Source of the DNA: Myxococcales bacterium
Lineage (GTDB): Bacteria; Myxococcota_A; UBA9042
NCBI GenBank assembly: GCA_037441385.1
Contig: JBBISH010000045.1
Span: 1-42,987, forward strand
DNA: 42,987 nt
Reading direction: 5' to 3'
The first letter of the stretch is position 1, and each line of letters begins with the position of its first letter. The translations under genes were made by a program, and so were the position numbers. The notes below the pieces were generated by a model. The model saw only the letters and a program-made list of their open reading frames with translations. It was not told the origin of the DNA and made no database searches. This document shows, piece by piece, positions 26,650-36,218 of the stretch.

Positions 26650-29079
26650 ATGCTGTCGATTGAACTCGAGATTGCCATCCAGGTGGCGGCGACCGAAGCC
26701 CAGGCGCGGCGGCACGAATTCTTTGGCTTGGAGCACATGCTCTTTGCCCTGCTGCACGACGCGGCGACCGCCAACGTGATCGCGCACTGCCACGGCGACG
26801 TGCAGGCGCTGCGCAAACAGGTGGGCGAGTACTTGGCCAACGAAGTGCAGGTGCTGCCGGCCGATACCGAAGTGCAGGCCCAGCCGACCCTTGGCCTGCA
26901 ACGGGTCATCCAGCGCGCCGCTTTGCACGTGCGGGGGGCTGGCAAGCAGAAGGTGACCGGCGCCAACGTGCTGGTCGCGATGTTTGCCGAAGACGACTCG
27001 TTTGCCGTCTATTTCCTGCAGCAGCAAGGGGTTACGCGGCTCGACGTGGTGTCGTATTTGGCCCACGGCAAAGACGACGACGAAAGCGGCGCGATCACTC
27101 CGCTCAACCGCGACGAGGACGAAGAAGAGGAATTCGGCGAGGACGCGCCGGGTTTTGACGAGGACGAAGAAGGCGGCGAGCCAGTGGGCGCCTTGGCGGC
27201 GTACTGCGTCAACCTGAACGAAGAAGCGCGCCAGGGCCGCGTCGATCCGCTGGTCGGGCGCGACCTGGAACTGAACCGCATGGCGCAAGTGCTGATGCGC
27301 AGGAAGAAAAACAACCCGCTGCTGGTGGGCGATTCGGGCACGGGCAAGACCGCCATCGTCGCGGGTCTGGCGCGGCAAATCGTCGAAGGCACCGCGCCGC
27401 CGCCGCTGGCTGGGACCACGATCTACTCGCTGGACCTGGGGAATCTGCTCGCCGGCTCCAAGTACCGCGGCGACTTTGAGAAACGCCTAAAGGGCGTGCT
27501 GGCGGCGCTGAGCGAGCAAGACGACACGATCCTGTTCATCGACGAGCTGCACACGATCATCGGCGCCGGGGCCACCAACGGCGGCTCGATGGACGCGTCG
27601 AACCTGCTGAAACCGGCGCTGGCGTCTGGCGTTTTGCGCTGCATTGGCTCGACCACCTGGGAGGAGCACCGCACGCACATCCTGCGCGACAAAGCCTTTG
27701 CCCGCCGCTTCCAGAAGATCGACGTGGGCGAGCTGAGCGTGGACGACACCGTGGCGGTCCTGCGCGGCCTGCGCAAGGCCTACGAAGAGCACCACAGCGT
27801 GATCTACAGCGACTCGGCGCTGGTCGCGGCCGCCCAGCTGTCCAACCGCTACCTGGCCGACCGCAAGCTGCCCGACAAAGCCATTGATCTCATGGACGAA
27901 GCGGGCGCGGCGGTGCGACTGGCCGCGGCCAAGAAGGCCAAGAAAAAGCTGGATCGCAGCCCCGAAGAGCCGCCGCCGCTGCCGCAAGGCGAGCCGACCG
28001 AGGCCAAGCCCGAGGCCAGCAAACCCAAGCTCCGCGTCACGGCCCGCGACATCGAAAAGGTGTTGGCCAAGATGGCGCAGATCCCCGAGCGGCAGGTGTC
28101 GCAAGACGACAAGTCGGCGCTGCACGACCTGGAAACGCGCCTGGCACAGACGGTTTTTGGCCAGGAGCAGGCGGTCCAGCAGATTGCCACGGCCATCAAG
28201 GTGGCGCGCGCCGGCCTGGGCAGCCCGCACAAGCCGATGGGTTGCTTCTTGTTCACCGGCCCCACCGGCGTGGGCAAGACCGAATTGGCCAAGCAGCTGG
28301 GGCAGATCCTGGGCCTGCAGTTCCTCCGCTTTGACATGAGCGAGTACATGGAGCGGCACACGGTGGCTCGCCTCATCGGCGCTCCACCCGGCTACGTGGG
28401 GTTTGATCAAGGCGGTCTGCTGACCGAGGCGGTGACCAAGAGCCCGCACGCGGTGCTGCTGCTCGACGAAATCGAAAAGGCGCACCCCGACGTGTTCAAT
28501 GTGCTGCTGCAGGTCATGGACCACGGCACGCTGACCGACAACAACGGCAAGCAGGCCGACTTCCGCCACGTCATCCTGATCATGACCAGCAACGTCGGCG
28601 CGCGCGAGCTAGAGAAAGGCCGCGTGGGCTTTGGCGATTTTGGTCTGGGCACCGGTGGCGACGACGACAAGGAATTCAAGACCCTGTTCTCGCCCGAGTT
28701 CCGCAACCGCCTGGACGCCCGCGTCCGCTTTGGGCGCCTATCGCCAGAGACCATGCTGCGGATCGTGGACAAGTTCTTGAGCGAGCTGGAAGGCCAGCTA
28801 GCCGAGCGCAAGGTGGTGCTGGAGGTCGAGGAGTCGGCGCGCAAGTGGCTGAGCGAGAAGGGCTTCGATCCCAAGATGGGCGCGCGGCCGCTGGCCCGGC
28901 TGATCCACGAGCAGCTGCGCAAACCGCTGGCCGACGAGTTGCTCTTCGGCAAGCTGCAGCGCGGCGGCACGGTGCATGTCGAGCGCGCCGAAGTGCCCGA
29001 GGGTCAAGAAGAGCCGGCACAGATGCTCACATTCGACGTGGAGGCCGCGCCCGAGACCGGTAAGAAGAAAGCCGCGTAA
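26650..29079 (+). CDS. clpA: ATP-dependent Clp protease ATP-binding subunit ClpA
   Basis: Clp-N domain (RRHEF..LEH), two AAA modules (GDSGTGKT, GPTGVGKT), RFDMSEYMERHTV, VGF loop, MGARPL; no middle coiled-coil domain. Confidence 0.96.
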   Translation: MLSIELEIAIQVAATEAQARRHEFFGLEHMLFALLHDAATANVIAHCHGDVQALRKQVGEYLANEVQVLPADTEVQAQPTLGLQRVIQRAALHVRGAGKQKVTGANVLVAMFAEDDSFAVYFLQQQGVTRLDVVSYLAHGKDDDESGAITPLNRDEDEEEEFGEDAPGFDEDEEGGEPVGALAAYCVNLNEEARQGRVDPLVGRDLELNRMAQVLMRRKKNNPLLVGDSGTGKTAIVAGLARQIVEGTAPPPLAGTTIYSLDLGNLLAGSKYRGDFEKRLKGVLAALSEQDDTILFIDELHTIIGAGATNGGSMDASNLLKPALASGVLRCIGSTTWEEHRTHILRDKAFARRFQKIDVGELSVDDTVAVLRGLRKAYEEHHSVIYSDSALVAAAQLSNRYLADRKLPDKAIDLMDEAGAAVRLAAAKKAKKKLDRSPEEPPPLPQGEPTEAKPEASKPKLRVTARDIEKVLAKMAQIPERQVSQDDKSALHDLETRLAQTVFGQEQAVQQIATAIKVARAGLGSPHKPMGCFLFTGPTGVGKTELAKQLGQILGLQFLRFDMSEYMERHTVARLIGAPPGYVGFDQGGLLTEAVTKSPHAVLLLDEIEKAHPDVFNVLLQVMDHGTLTDNNGKQADFRHVILIMTSNVGARELEKGRVGFGDFGLGTGGDDDKEFKTLFSPEFRNRLDARVRFGRLSPETMLRIVDKFLSELEGQLAERKVVLEVEESARKWLSEKGFDPKMGARPLARLIHEQLRKPLADELLFGKLQRGGTVHVERAEVPEGQEEPAQMLTFDVEAAPETGKKKAA

Positions 29080-29142
29080 TACGCACCCCGGTTCGGGCCC
29101 GAAAGATTGCCCGTATTTTCGATCCGATTCGGACGGAACTGG
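29080..29142. repeat. Partial (left-end) copy of repeat family A
   Basis: Starts TACGCACCCC, the reverse complement of GGGGTGCGTA at 33520-33529; continues ..GGTTCGGG..TTTCGATCCG..GAACTGG as at 33324-33377. Confidence 0.55.
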
Positions 29143-29147
29143 TAGAA

Positions 29148-29753
29148 CTAGTTTGGGTTGAGCGCCGCCACCACCGCGTCGACCAGCACTGCGTCGTCCG
29201 GCAGTGCGGCTTTGCCGTCTTGGGCGCGCGGCGGGATCACCCGGCAGCCCAGGTTGGCCAGCTTGGCCAGCGACTCGCGCAAGATGGCGTTGACCATCGA
29301 ACCGTGCATGGTGGGCGCGAACAAGACCTGCGTGCGACCCTGCTCGAGCAAGCCCAGAGCGCTGGCCAAGGCCGTGGTGACCGCGTTGTCCGCCACACCG
29401 GCCGCAACCTTGTTGAGGGTCGAGTAGGTAGCCGGCGCCACCAGGTAGGCGTCCAGGGCCGATTCCACGTGCTGAGCGCGGCCATCCAAGGCGGTCACCA
29501 GCGGGTGCAGGCTGGTCCACTCCAGGGCGTCTTTGGCCACGAACTGTTGGGCGGCCGGCGTCAGGAACACGAACACTTCGGCCCCGGCGCGCCGCAGTTC
29601 GCGGACCAGCCCCGGTGCGCGGTAGGCCGCGATGCCGCCCGTGACCAACAACCCGATGTGCTTGCCCTGCAACCGGCTCGACGTCGCCGCCACGGCCCGG
29701 TCACCGGGCAGCAACTCGCCCAAATTCCAGCGAAAATCATCTGACGTGGCCAT
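29148..29753 (-). CDS. coaC: Stand-alone HFCD flavoprotein, phosphopantothenoylcysteine decarboxylase (CoaC)-like
   Basis: LQGKHIGLLVTGGIAAYRAP, LVAPATYSTLNKVAAGVADN, APTMHGSM; no CoaB domain. Confidence 0.75.
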   Translation of the reverse strand: MATSDDFRWNLGELLPGDRAVAATSSRLQGKHIGLLVTGGIAAYRAPGLVRELRRAGAEVFVFLTPAAQQFVAKDALEWTSLHPLVTALDGRAQHVESALDAYLVAPATYSTLNKVAAGVADNAVTTALASALGLLEQGRTQVLFAPTMHGSMVNAILRESLAKLANLGCRVIPPRAQDGKAALPDDAVLVDAVVAALNPN

Positions 29754-29784
29754 GAGGTCCCTACACGGGTGCGGCTCGCCCGGA

Positions 29785-32700
29785 CTAGGGCGCCACCGCG
29801 CACCAGCCCACGCCCTGGGTATAGCCCACGGCCAGGTCAATGTTGTCGATCATCACGCCCATGCCCTGGTTGCCGACCTGATCGGTCGTATCAAACTTGA
29901 ACGTGACCAAGTACTTGGCCCCTGGGCCCAACTTGGTCAGCGAGTCGGCCATGTTGATCTTGATCGTCTGCCATTGGTTGATCGGCACCGGCTGGGTCAC
30001 TTCCTTTTGCCACACCGTCCAGGGATCGCCGATCGGTCCGCCGATCTTGGGCGAGAATTGCTGCACGCTGACGCTGAGCACGTCGTAGGTGCCGCCGCCT
30101 TCCGTAGCCATGTACAGGTCAAAACTTAGGTTGGCCCACGGAAAATCTTGCGGGACCGTGGCCAGGGGCAGCGCAAACGTGCCCGACGACTTGCCGAAGT
30201 CGAAGTTCCACACGCTCGCGTCGCCGTAATACAGCACGTACTTGCTGGGCTGCGCGTCGCAGGCTGGGCCGTTGGGCGGGCACGGCGCCGGGCGCGCGAC
30301 CAACTGCCAGCCCTGGAATGGCCCGGAGCTGTTCGCGACGTTGATGTGCTGCAACTGCTGATCCTCAAAACCATTCAAGTACATGTTCTGATCGCAGCAG
30401 GTGGTATCCAGTTTGGGCACACACTGATTGGACGCCAAATCGCAAGAGCTGGGGCTCATGCACGACCAGCCAAAACCGCACTCGGCCGTGGACAGGCAGC
30501 AGTTGTCCTTCTTGACCACGGAGCAGGCGTTGATGGCCTCGTTGCAGACCTGGGCGTCACACGGTCCCAGCTTGATGGGCTTGCACGGCGGCGGCGCTCC
30601 ACCTACGCACTGGCCCGTGGACGAGCAGGTGTCGCCGGTGGTGCAGAACTTTCCGTCTTCGCAAGCCTCGCCCGCGGCCTTGGGCTTGACGATGCAGCCT
30701 TGCGCCTCGTCGCACACCAAAGGCGCGCAGGGATTGCCGCTGTCGCCGCACTGCTGCGGGGTCGCGGTGCAGTTGCCGGATCCGTCGCACTGGTCGCCCA
30801 CCGTGCAGGTCTTGCCGTCGTCGCAGACCACCCCCTTGCCCAGGGGCGTGACTTGGCACGCGTAGCTCGCGGGGCCAAATGACTTGCACACCACCAGATT
30901 GCAGGCGCTAGGCGGGCAGTTGGCCGCCGCGCCGGGTACGCACTTGCCGCCCTTGCAGACGTCGCTGACGGTGCAGCCGTTGCTATCGGCGTCGCAGGCG
31001 GTGCCGTCGGCCTTGCTGACTGCTTCACACTTGCCGGTGCTGGGATTGCACTGGGCGTTGTTGCAGGCGTCGGCGCTGGCGCTGCAGTCCACCGGCTTGC
31101 CGCCCACGCAGGCTCCGGCCTGGCAGGTACCCGTGCCGGCCTGGATGCACTTGTTGCCCACGTCGCAGGTCTGGGTGGTCGGCGCCGAGGCGTAGCCGCA
31201 CTTGCCGGCCGAGCAAGTATCCACGGTGCAGGGGTTCTTGTCGTCGCAGTCGGCATTGGCGGCGCATTGGCACTTGTTCTCGGACTTGCAGACGCCACCC
31301 ACGCACGTGTCGGTGGTGCAGCTGTTGCCGTCGTCGCACTTGCCGGTGTCGTCGCCCACCGAAGAGCAGCCCTTGGTGGCCACGCAACTATCCTTGGTGC
31401 AAGGGTTCTTGTCGTCGCAACCCGTGTCGTCGGTCTGGTGCGTGCACTCGCCGCTGGCCTCGTCGCAGGCGTCGTAGGTGCACGGAATGCCGTCGTCGCA
31501 GCTCTTCTTGGCGCCCAGGCACACGCCCGCGGCTGAGCAGAGGTCGCCGGTCGTGCAGTTCAGACCGTCGCTGCACTCGCCCGTGGTGACGTTGTGCAAG
31601 CATCCGGCCTTGGGCTCACAACTGTCCAGCGTGCAAGCATTTTTGTCGTCGCAAGCCACGGCGGTGCCAGTGCATTTGCCGGCGACACAGGAGGTCGAAG
31701 TGGTGCAGGCGTCGCCGTCTTCGCAAGTCTTGCCTTCGTTTTGGGCTTTGACCAAGCACTCGCCGGTGGCCTCGTCGCACGCGCTGATGGCGCAGATGTC
31801 GCTCAGAATGGGGCACTTGACCACGGAATCCAGCTGCAGCTCGCACGACTTGGTGGTCAGGTTGCAGGTGAACTTGCCGCCGCACTTGGTGTTGTTGGCG
31901 GCGCAGTCGGTGTCGGCCTTGCAGCCGCACGACGCCTTGCCGGTGCATTTGCCGTCTTTGCACACGTCGCCCGTGGTGCAGGGGTTGTTGTCGTCGCAGC
32001 TGTTGAGCTCGTTGCCGGTGGCGGTGCAGCCCTCGGCCAAGTCGCACTCGATCTTGACGCACGGATCGTTGTCGACGCAAAGCTTGTTCAGCGGCGTGAA
32101 CTTGCAGCCCGTGGCCTTGTCGCACGTGTCTTCGGTGCAGGCGATGCCGTCGTTGCAGACCAGCGCGGTGCCTTTGCACTGGCCGGCTTGGCAGCTGTCG
32201 TTCTCGGTGCACTTGGTGCCGTCGTCGCAGGTGACCCCAACGTCGGTGATCGGGTCGTGCTTGACCTGCTTGCCCTGATCGCAATAGTCCTGGGTGCACG
32301 GGTTGCCGTCGCTGTAGTCGGCCGCCGTGGCCGTGATACAAATTCCTGCCTTGCAGATCTTGCCGCACGCAGTCAAGCCGCAGATCGTCAGGTCCCCGCC
32401 CGATTGCTTGTCGGGTTTGGGCGTCTTGACGCACTGCGCTTTGTCGTCGCAGAACGCCTGCTCGCATTCACCCGCCTCGTCCAGCGGGTTGACGCACGGC
32501 TCGCCCTTGCTGCGCGGCTTGAGCACGCACTTGCTGGTCTGCAGGTCGCACTTGGGCACGTTGCAGGGCGTCTTGCCCTTCATCGAGGCGCAGTCAAAGT
32601 CGACCGTGCACTCGGCCGCCACGGTGTCCGGCGTGGTGGTGTCCGCGCTGACGTCGGTGCCACCGCCGATCGTGTCGGGGCCCACGTCGTCGCTCGCGGC

Positions 32701-32877
32701 GGGCTCTTGGATCGCAACTTGGCCGCAGCTGGCCAGGGCGCCGGCCAAAAAGAGGGCCACCAGGCCCGCCGGCAAGTGCGCGATCCGACGCAATGGGCCG
32801 GGCAAGGGACTCTTTGGGGAACCCGGTCCACCCTGCGTGTCCTGGACTTGGGCGCGGCCAACAACGCTCGCCAACAT
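29785..32877 (-). CDS. Large Cys-rich repeat lipoprotein with a C-terminal beta-sandwich-like domain
   Basis: Lipobox ALASC; many CDDGNxCTxDxC / CDDKNPCT units (Dictyostelium CTDC/myxobacterial-type repeats); C-terminal ..GVMIDNIDL; GGGGGAG RBS. Confidence 0.88.
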   Translation of the reverse strand: MLASVVGRAQVQDTQGGPGSPKSPLPGPLRRIAHLPAGLVALFLAGALASCGQVAIQEPAASDDVGPDTIGGGTDVSADTTTPDTVAAECTVDFDCASMKGKTPCNVPKCDLQTSKCVLKPRSKGEPCVNPLDEAGECEQAFCDDKAQCVKTPKPDKQSGGDLTICGLTACGKICKAGICITATAADYSDGNPCTQDYCDQGKQVKHDPITDVGVTCDDGTKCTENDSCQAGQCKGTALVCNDGIACTEDTCDKATGCKFTPLNKLCVDNDPCVKIECDLAEGCTATGNELNSCDDNNPCTTGDVCKDGKCTGKASCGCKADTDCAANNTKCGGKFTCNLTTKSCELQLDSVVKCPILSDICAISACDEATGECLVKAQNEGKTCEDGDACTTSTSCVAGKCTGTAVACDDKNACTLDSCEPKAGCLHNVTTGECSDGLNCTTGDLCSAAGVCLGAKKSCDDGIPCTYDACDEASGECTHQTDDTGCDDKNPCTKDSCVATKGCSSVGDDTGKCDDGNSCTTDTCVGGVCKSENKCQCAANADCDDKNPCTVDTCSAGKCGYASAPTTQTCDVGNKCIQAGTGTCQAGACVGGKPVDCSASADACNNAQCNPSTGKCEAVSKADGTACDADSNGCTVSDVCKGGKCVPGAAANCPPSACNLVVCKSFGPASYACQVTPLGKGVVCDDGKTCTVGDQCDGSGNCTATPQQCGDSGNPCAPLVCDEAQGCIVKPKAAGEACEDGKFCTTGDTCSSTGQCVGGAPPPCKPIKLGPCDAQVCNEAINACSVVKKDNCCLSTAECGFGWSCMSPSSCDLASNQCVPKLDTTCCDQNMYLNGFEDQQLQHINVANSSGPFQGWQLVARPAPCPPNGPACDAQPSKYVLYYGDASVWNFDFGKSSGTFALPLATVPQDFPWANLSFDLYMATEGGGTYDVLSVSVQQFSPKIGGPIGDPWTVWQKEVTQPVPINQWQTIKINMADSLTKLGPGAKYLVTFKFDTTDQVGNQGMGVMIDNIDLAVGYTQGVGWCAVAP

Positions 32878-33022
32878 GGAACTCCCCCAAAAACCGTGCG
32901 CGATGTGCGACCCAGACAGTCTAGCCCCTCGCGGCGCGCCGCGTCAAAGCATACGGGCACCTACATAGGGCACACTGGGTCGCCGCAGACCGCTGGGGCG
33001 ACGCGGAACGCGAAAACGCGGC

Positions 33023-33051
33023 TTGCCGACATGACAAAGGCTGCGTATACT
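33023..33051 (+). promoter_or_regulatory. sigma70-type promoter for the 33132 small gene
   Basis: TTGCCG-N17-TATACT. Confidence 0.65.
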
Positions 33052-33131
33052 GCGCCGCCCTCGCCCTAGCCCGCCAGTTTGGCGCGGCCCCGGCGGCGGC
33101 CCACAACCCTTTTCTCGTGCGAGTTCTGCAA

Positions 33132-33314
33132 ATGGCCAACACCCTGAACATCAAAGCTGATCGCAACCTCCGCAAGTCGCTGAAGCGCGCCCAGCGCAAG
33201 CGCCTGAAGGCGGTGGAAGCCGGCCTGACCAACGAGCAGCGCGACAAGCTGCGCCGCGCCCGCGCCGAGAAGCACATCGGCGTCCGCGCCTTCTTGGCCA
33301 GCAAGAAAGCCTAG
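33132..33314 (+). CDS. 60-aa highly basic protein
   Basis: MANTLNIKADRNLRKSLKRAQRKRLKAVEAGLTNEQRDKLRRARAEKHIGVRAFLASKKA; 19 K/R; strongly biased codons (AAG, CGC, GCC); own promoter. Confidence 0.8.
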   Translation: MANTLNIKADRNLRKSLKRAQRKRLKAVEAGLTNEQRDKLRRARAEKHIGVRAFLASKKA

Positions 33315-33529
33315 TTCGAACCCGGGTTCGGGTCCGGCCCAAGACGCCGCCGTTTCGATCCGCGCTTGCCGAACTGGGTGTGACCCAGGCCGCTTCTGCC
33401 GGATCCGTTTAGGCCAGATCGAATTCGCGCCCATGCCGGATGGGACCAAACCGGGGTCCCTGACTGATTCTCGCCAGTTGCACAGCAGGTCAGAGAACGA
33501 GGACAGGCGCGATTCAGGTGGGGTGCGTA
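33315..33529. repeat. Dispersed intergenic repeat family A, longest copy (MITE-like, about 215 bp)
   Basis: Matches 10887-10977 and 29080-29142; right end GGGGTGCGTA, degenerate left end TTCGAACCCG. Confidence 0.75.
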
Positions 33530-33545
33530 GAAGCGAGGTGCCGCC

Positions 33546-34832
33546 GTGTTCCTCTCTGGTCTTGAACGCTTGCATCAGGCGGTGTGGTCTGCGGGCCTGA
33601 CCTCGGGTCTGAGCTTGGCCGGCGAAGTCGATCGGCGCTTGGCGCACCTGCTGGGCGAACGCCTGGCCCCCGGCGTCGAAGTCGTAGAGCGCGGCGTAGG
33701 TTGGAACCTGCTGGGGCTGGTGTGGGACGACGGCGATGCCGCCGAGTCTGCCGGCCTGGGTAGGCTCTTGGCCGCACAGGGCAGCTTCATGGCTGCCCGC
33801 GACCTGGACCTGCGTGGCCCCAGCGAAGCGTGGCAAACGATCGACAGCGTGCCCGCGTCGTTGGCGGTGCGGCTGACGGCGCGCCCGGCTCGCCGCGTCC
33901 TGCAAACTGCCAGCGAACATGCGCCTATGCCGGCCACGTTGCTGGCCTGGTCGCGGCCGCAGGACTGGCTGACGATGGCGGCCCGGCTGGGTGTGCACCA
34001 AGCGACCCAGTTGCCTTCAGGTACGCTGCTCGTGGGGGTCAGCGGCCGGCTGTTGCGGCGCGAGCGCCAGGGCTGGTGGCAAACTGCTTTGCGCTACGAT
34101 GGCTTCCGCAAGCCCACCCGTGCAGGCCTGCTGGTCGACCGCCGGGGCCGCGCGTGGGTCGCGCAATACGCCATGAACCGCGACCGCAGCCAGCCGATCC
34201 GCCTGTGGTGCAGCGAGAACGACGGCAAGGAATTCGCGGCAGTGCGCACCTTTGGCCCAGGTGAAGTGCGCCACATCCACTTTGTCCAGCAAGACCCGAT
34301 CGACGGCTCGCTGTGGCTGGGTACGGGGGACCGCGACAGCGAATCGGCTATCTGGCGCTCGCACGACGGCCACGACTGGCGACAAGTGGGCGGCGGCTCG
34401 CAGCTTTGGCGCGCCATGGGCCTGGGCTTCACCCCCGACGCAGTGGTGTGGGGCACAGACGCCGGCTTGGATGCGCCGCACTTCGACAACGCCCTGGTGC
34501 GCTGGTCGCGGGCCACGGGCGAACTGACCGTAGAGCAAAGCGTGCAGGGGCCCGTTCACAGCGTGGCCACCCTGCCCGATGGCCGCGTGGCGGCGAGCAC
34601 GGGCTGCGAGGGTGGCGCCAACGAGCGCGACAACCGCGTGCACCTGTGGCTGCGCGATACGGGCGGGACGTGGCGCGAGCTGGCCAGCTGGCGCAAGGGT
34701 CCCCAGCCGCCGCGGGTGCAATACGCCGTGGGTCACCTAGTGGCCGGCCAAGAACGCTGCGACGACCTGTGGTTGCAGCTCCGCGGCACCGCCGCGATGC
34801 CACTGGGGTTTGTGCGCCTGCGGGTAAGCTAG
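33546..34832 (+). CDS. Hypothetical protein with a C-terminal BNR/Asp-box beta-propeller (glycoside-hydrolase-like)
   Basis: GAGGTG RBS and GTG start; SENDGKEF and RSHDGHDW Asp-boxes; RHIHFVQQDP..LWLGTGD. Confidence 0.7.
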   Translation: MFLSGLERLHQAVWSAGLTSGLSLAGEVDRRLAHLLGERLAPGVEVVERGVGWNLLGLVWDDGDAAESAGLGRLLAAQGSFMAARDLDLRGPSEAWQTIDSVPASLAVRLTARPARRVLQTASEHAPMPATLLAWSRPQDWLTMAARLGVHQATQLPSGTLLVGVSGRLLRRERQGWWQTALRYDGFRKPTRAGLLVDRRGRAWVAQYAMNRDRSQPIRLWCSENDGKEFAAVRTFGPGEVRHIHFVQQDPIDGSLWLGTGDRDSESAIWRSHDGHDWRQVGGGSQLWRAMGLGFTPDAVVWGTDAGLDAPHFDNALVRWSRATGELTVEQSVQGPVHSVATLPDGRVAASTGCEGGANERDNRVHLWLRDTGGTWRELASWRKGPQPPRVQYAVGHLVAGQERCDDLWLQLRGTAAMPLGFVRLRVS

Positions 34833-34887
34833 CGACTCGACCAATTACCGATAGTCGTTCAGTAATTTGCTCTGCCGGTCGCGTCTC
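34829..34887. repeat. About 60-bp palindromic element (family B), copy 2, overlapping a TAG stop
   Basis: CTAGCGACTCGACCAATTAC..TCGTTCAGT..GGTCGCGTCTC is colinear with 13161-13220. Confidence 0.65.
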
Positions 34888-34937
34888 CTGCCATGTGGGG
34901 CGCGAGCGAACGGCGACAGCGACGCGACGCGCCGAGG

Positions 34938-36218
34938 TCAACGGTTCGGATGTGCGGCGAAAGTCGAAGTCGAGCGGTGCTCTGGGCGCGGCTCTGGCAA
35001 GGTCCTAAATTTCTCCAACATTTCTGCGGCATTCGTGTAGGGCGGCAACCAGGTCCAGCCCGCGCGGTGCTCACCATCGCCCGGTACGGCCGGCCCGAGC
35101 TTGGGCCAGGTGGTCAGCAGCGGCGGCACCACGGGCGGATCTTGAAAGGCCACCAAGCCAAATTGCTGCGCTGACTCAATCGGTTGCGCGTCCGGCGTTG
35201 GATCGGTGCCAGGCGCGGACAGCGATCGGCCGGGCAGGCGGGTCCGCGCAGCCTCGTCGGGTCGCTGGCTGCCCAAGGGCTCTGCCTGCCACTCCTGCAC
35301 GACAGTCCAGCGGCCCGCGTCGTCCAGGTCCAGATAGATGGCGGCCAAGTGCTCAAATGGCAATGATTTCTGTTGATCAGCTCGATCGGCCAGAGCATCG
35401 CGGCAGGCGGGGAGCAAGGCCGCTTCGTCCACGGAGGACCACGGCGCGGCCAGCACGCTGGCGCCGGGCCGCACCCACCCGAGCTCGCTGGCGGTCCCGC
35501 CCTTCATGGCGCCGCAGGCCATGGTCTCGGTCACTGTGCGGACCAAAAGTCCACTTCCCGTGCTTGCCAGAGGCTCCACGAAGTGGTGCAGCCCCGGCGA
35601 TCCCAAGTCGATCGCGACGCGGTCGGGCAGACGCGGCCCCAGGCGCGTACGTTTGCCGGTGGCGAGGCCGACCCAAAACACCTCGTCCAGCCGCCCGGCC
35701 AGCGGCCCGCCCTCCGCGGCACCTGGGCTGCAACTACCCAACTCATCGGCACAATCGGCCATGTCGCAAACGCGAACCATCCGCCGCTCCACGCGCCACT
35801 CTACCACTTCGCTGGCCGCGGCCGCCCACAGACCGCCCCGCTCGGCCAATTTTTGGCAAGCCTGACTGGCCGGGCAGCGCAGCCACCACGTGCGCAGCTC
35901 GCGGTCGCGCAACCGCCACACCAGCGCATCGCGCGTGGCCGTGGGGGTCGCCGCGCCGGGCAGTGCGGCCGGCAGTCCCGTCTCGGCCATGTCAAAGCTG
36001 ACGCGGGGCGCTACGGGCAGGCGGTCGCGCTCGCGGCGCTGCAGGTGGACCAGCAGCAGGTCGTCGCCGGTGTCGGTCGCGGCCTGTGGCAACGGCGCGA
36101 CCTGGAATTCCTGCGGCGGCGCGCCCCCTTGGGGCCGCTCTGGCTCGCGCGAGCAAGCCCAGATCATCCCCAAAACGACAAGATTTGTCGCTTTTGGCCA
36201 GCCACCAGCCACGGTCAA
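34938..36218 (-). CDS. Hypothetical lipoprotein
   Basis: TTG start overlapping the upstream TGA (or GTG 36212); VVLGMIWAC lipobox-like; several Cys pairs. Confidence 0.6.
   Translation of the reverse strand: MTVAGGWPKATNLVVLGMIWACSREPERPQGGAPPQEFQVAPLPQAATDTGDDLLLVHLQRRERDRLPVAPRVSFDMAETGLPAALPGAATPTATRDALVWRLRDRELRTWWLRCPASQACQKLAERGGLWAAAASEVVEWRVERRMVRVCDMADCADELGSCSPGAAEGGPLAGRLDEVFWVGLATGKRTRLGPRLPDRVAIDLGSPGLHHFVEPLASTGSGLLVRTVTETMACGAMKGGTASELGWVRPGASVLAAPWSSVDEAALLPACRDALADRADQQKSLPFEHLAAIYLDLDDAGRWTVVQEWQAEPLGSQRPDEAARTRLPGRSLSAPGTDPTPDAQPIESAQQFGLVAFQDPPVVPPLLTTWPKLGPAVPGDGEHRAGWTWLPPYTNAAEMLEKFRTLPEPRPEHRSTSTFAAHPNR

Noticed and set aside
29148..29753. Flavoprotein as the EpiD-like decarboxylase of the Cys-tail system
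   Set aside because: It lies more than 4 kb away on the opposite strand beyond clpSA, and the putative substrate ends in Trp, not Cys
31594..33069. 491-aa plus-strand ORF
   Set aside because: Antisense shadow of the Cys-rich repeat gene
33314..33331. tRNA T-loop-like GTTCGAACCC
   Set aside because: No cloverleaf because the upstream sequence is coding; explained by the palindrome CGAACCCGGGTTCG at the left end of repeat family A
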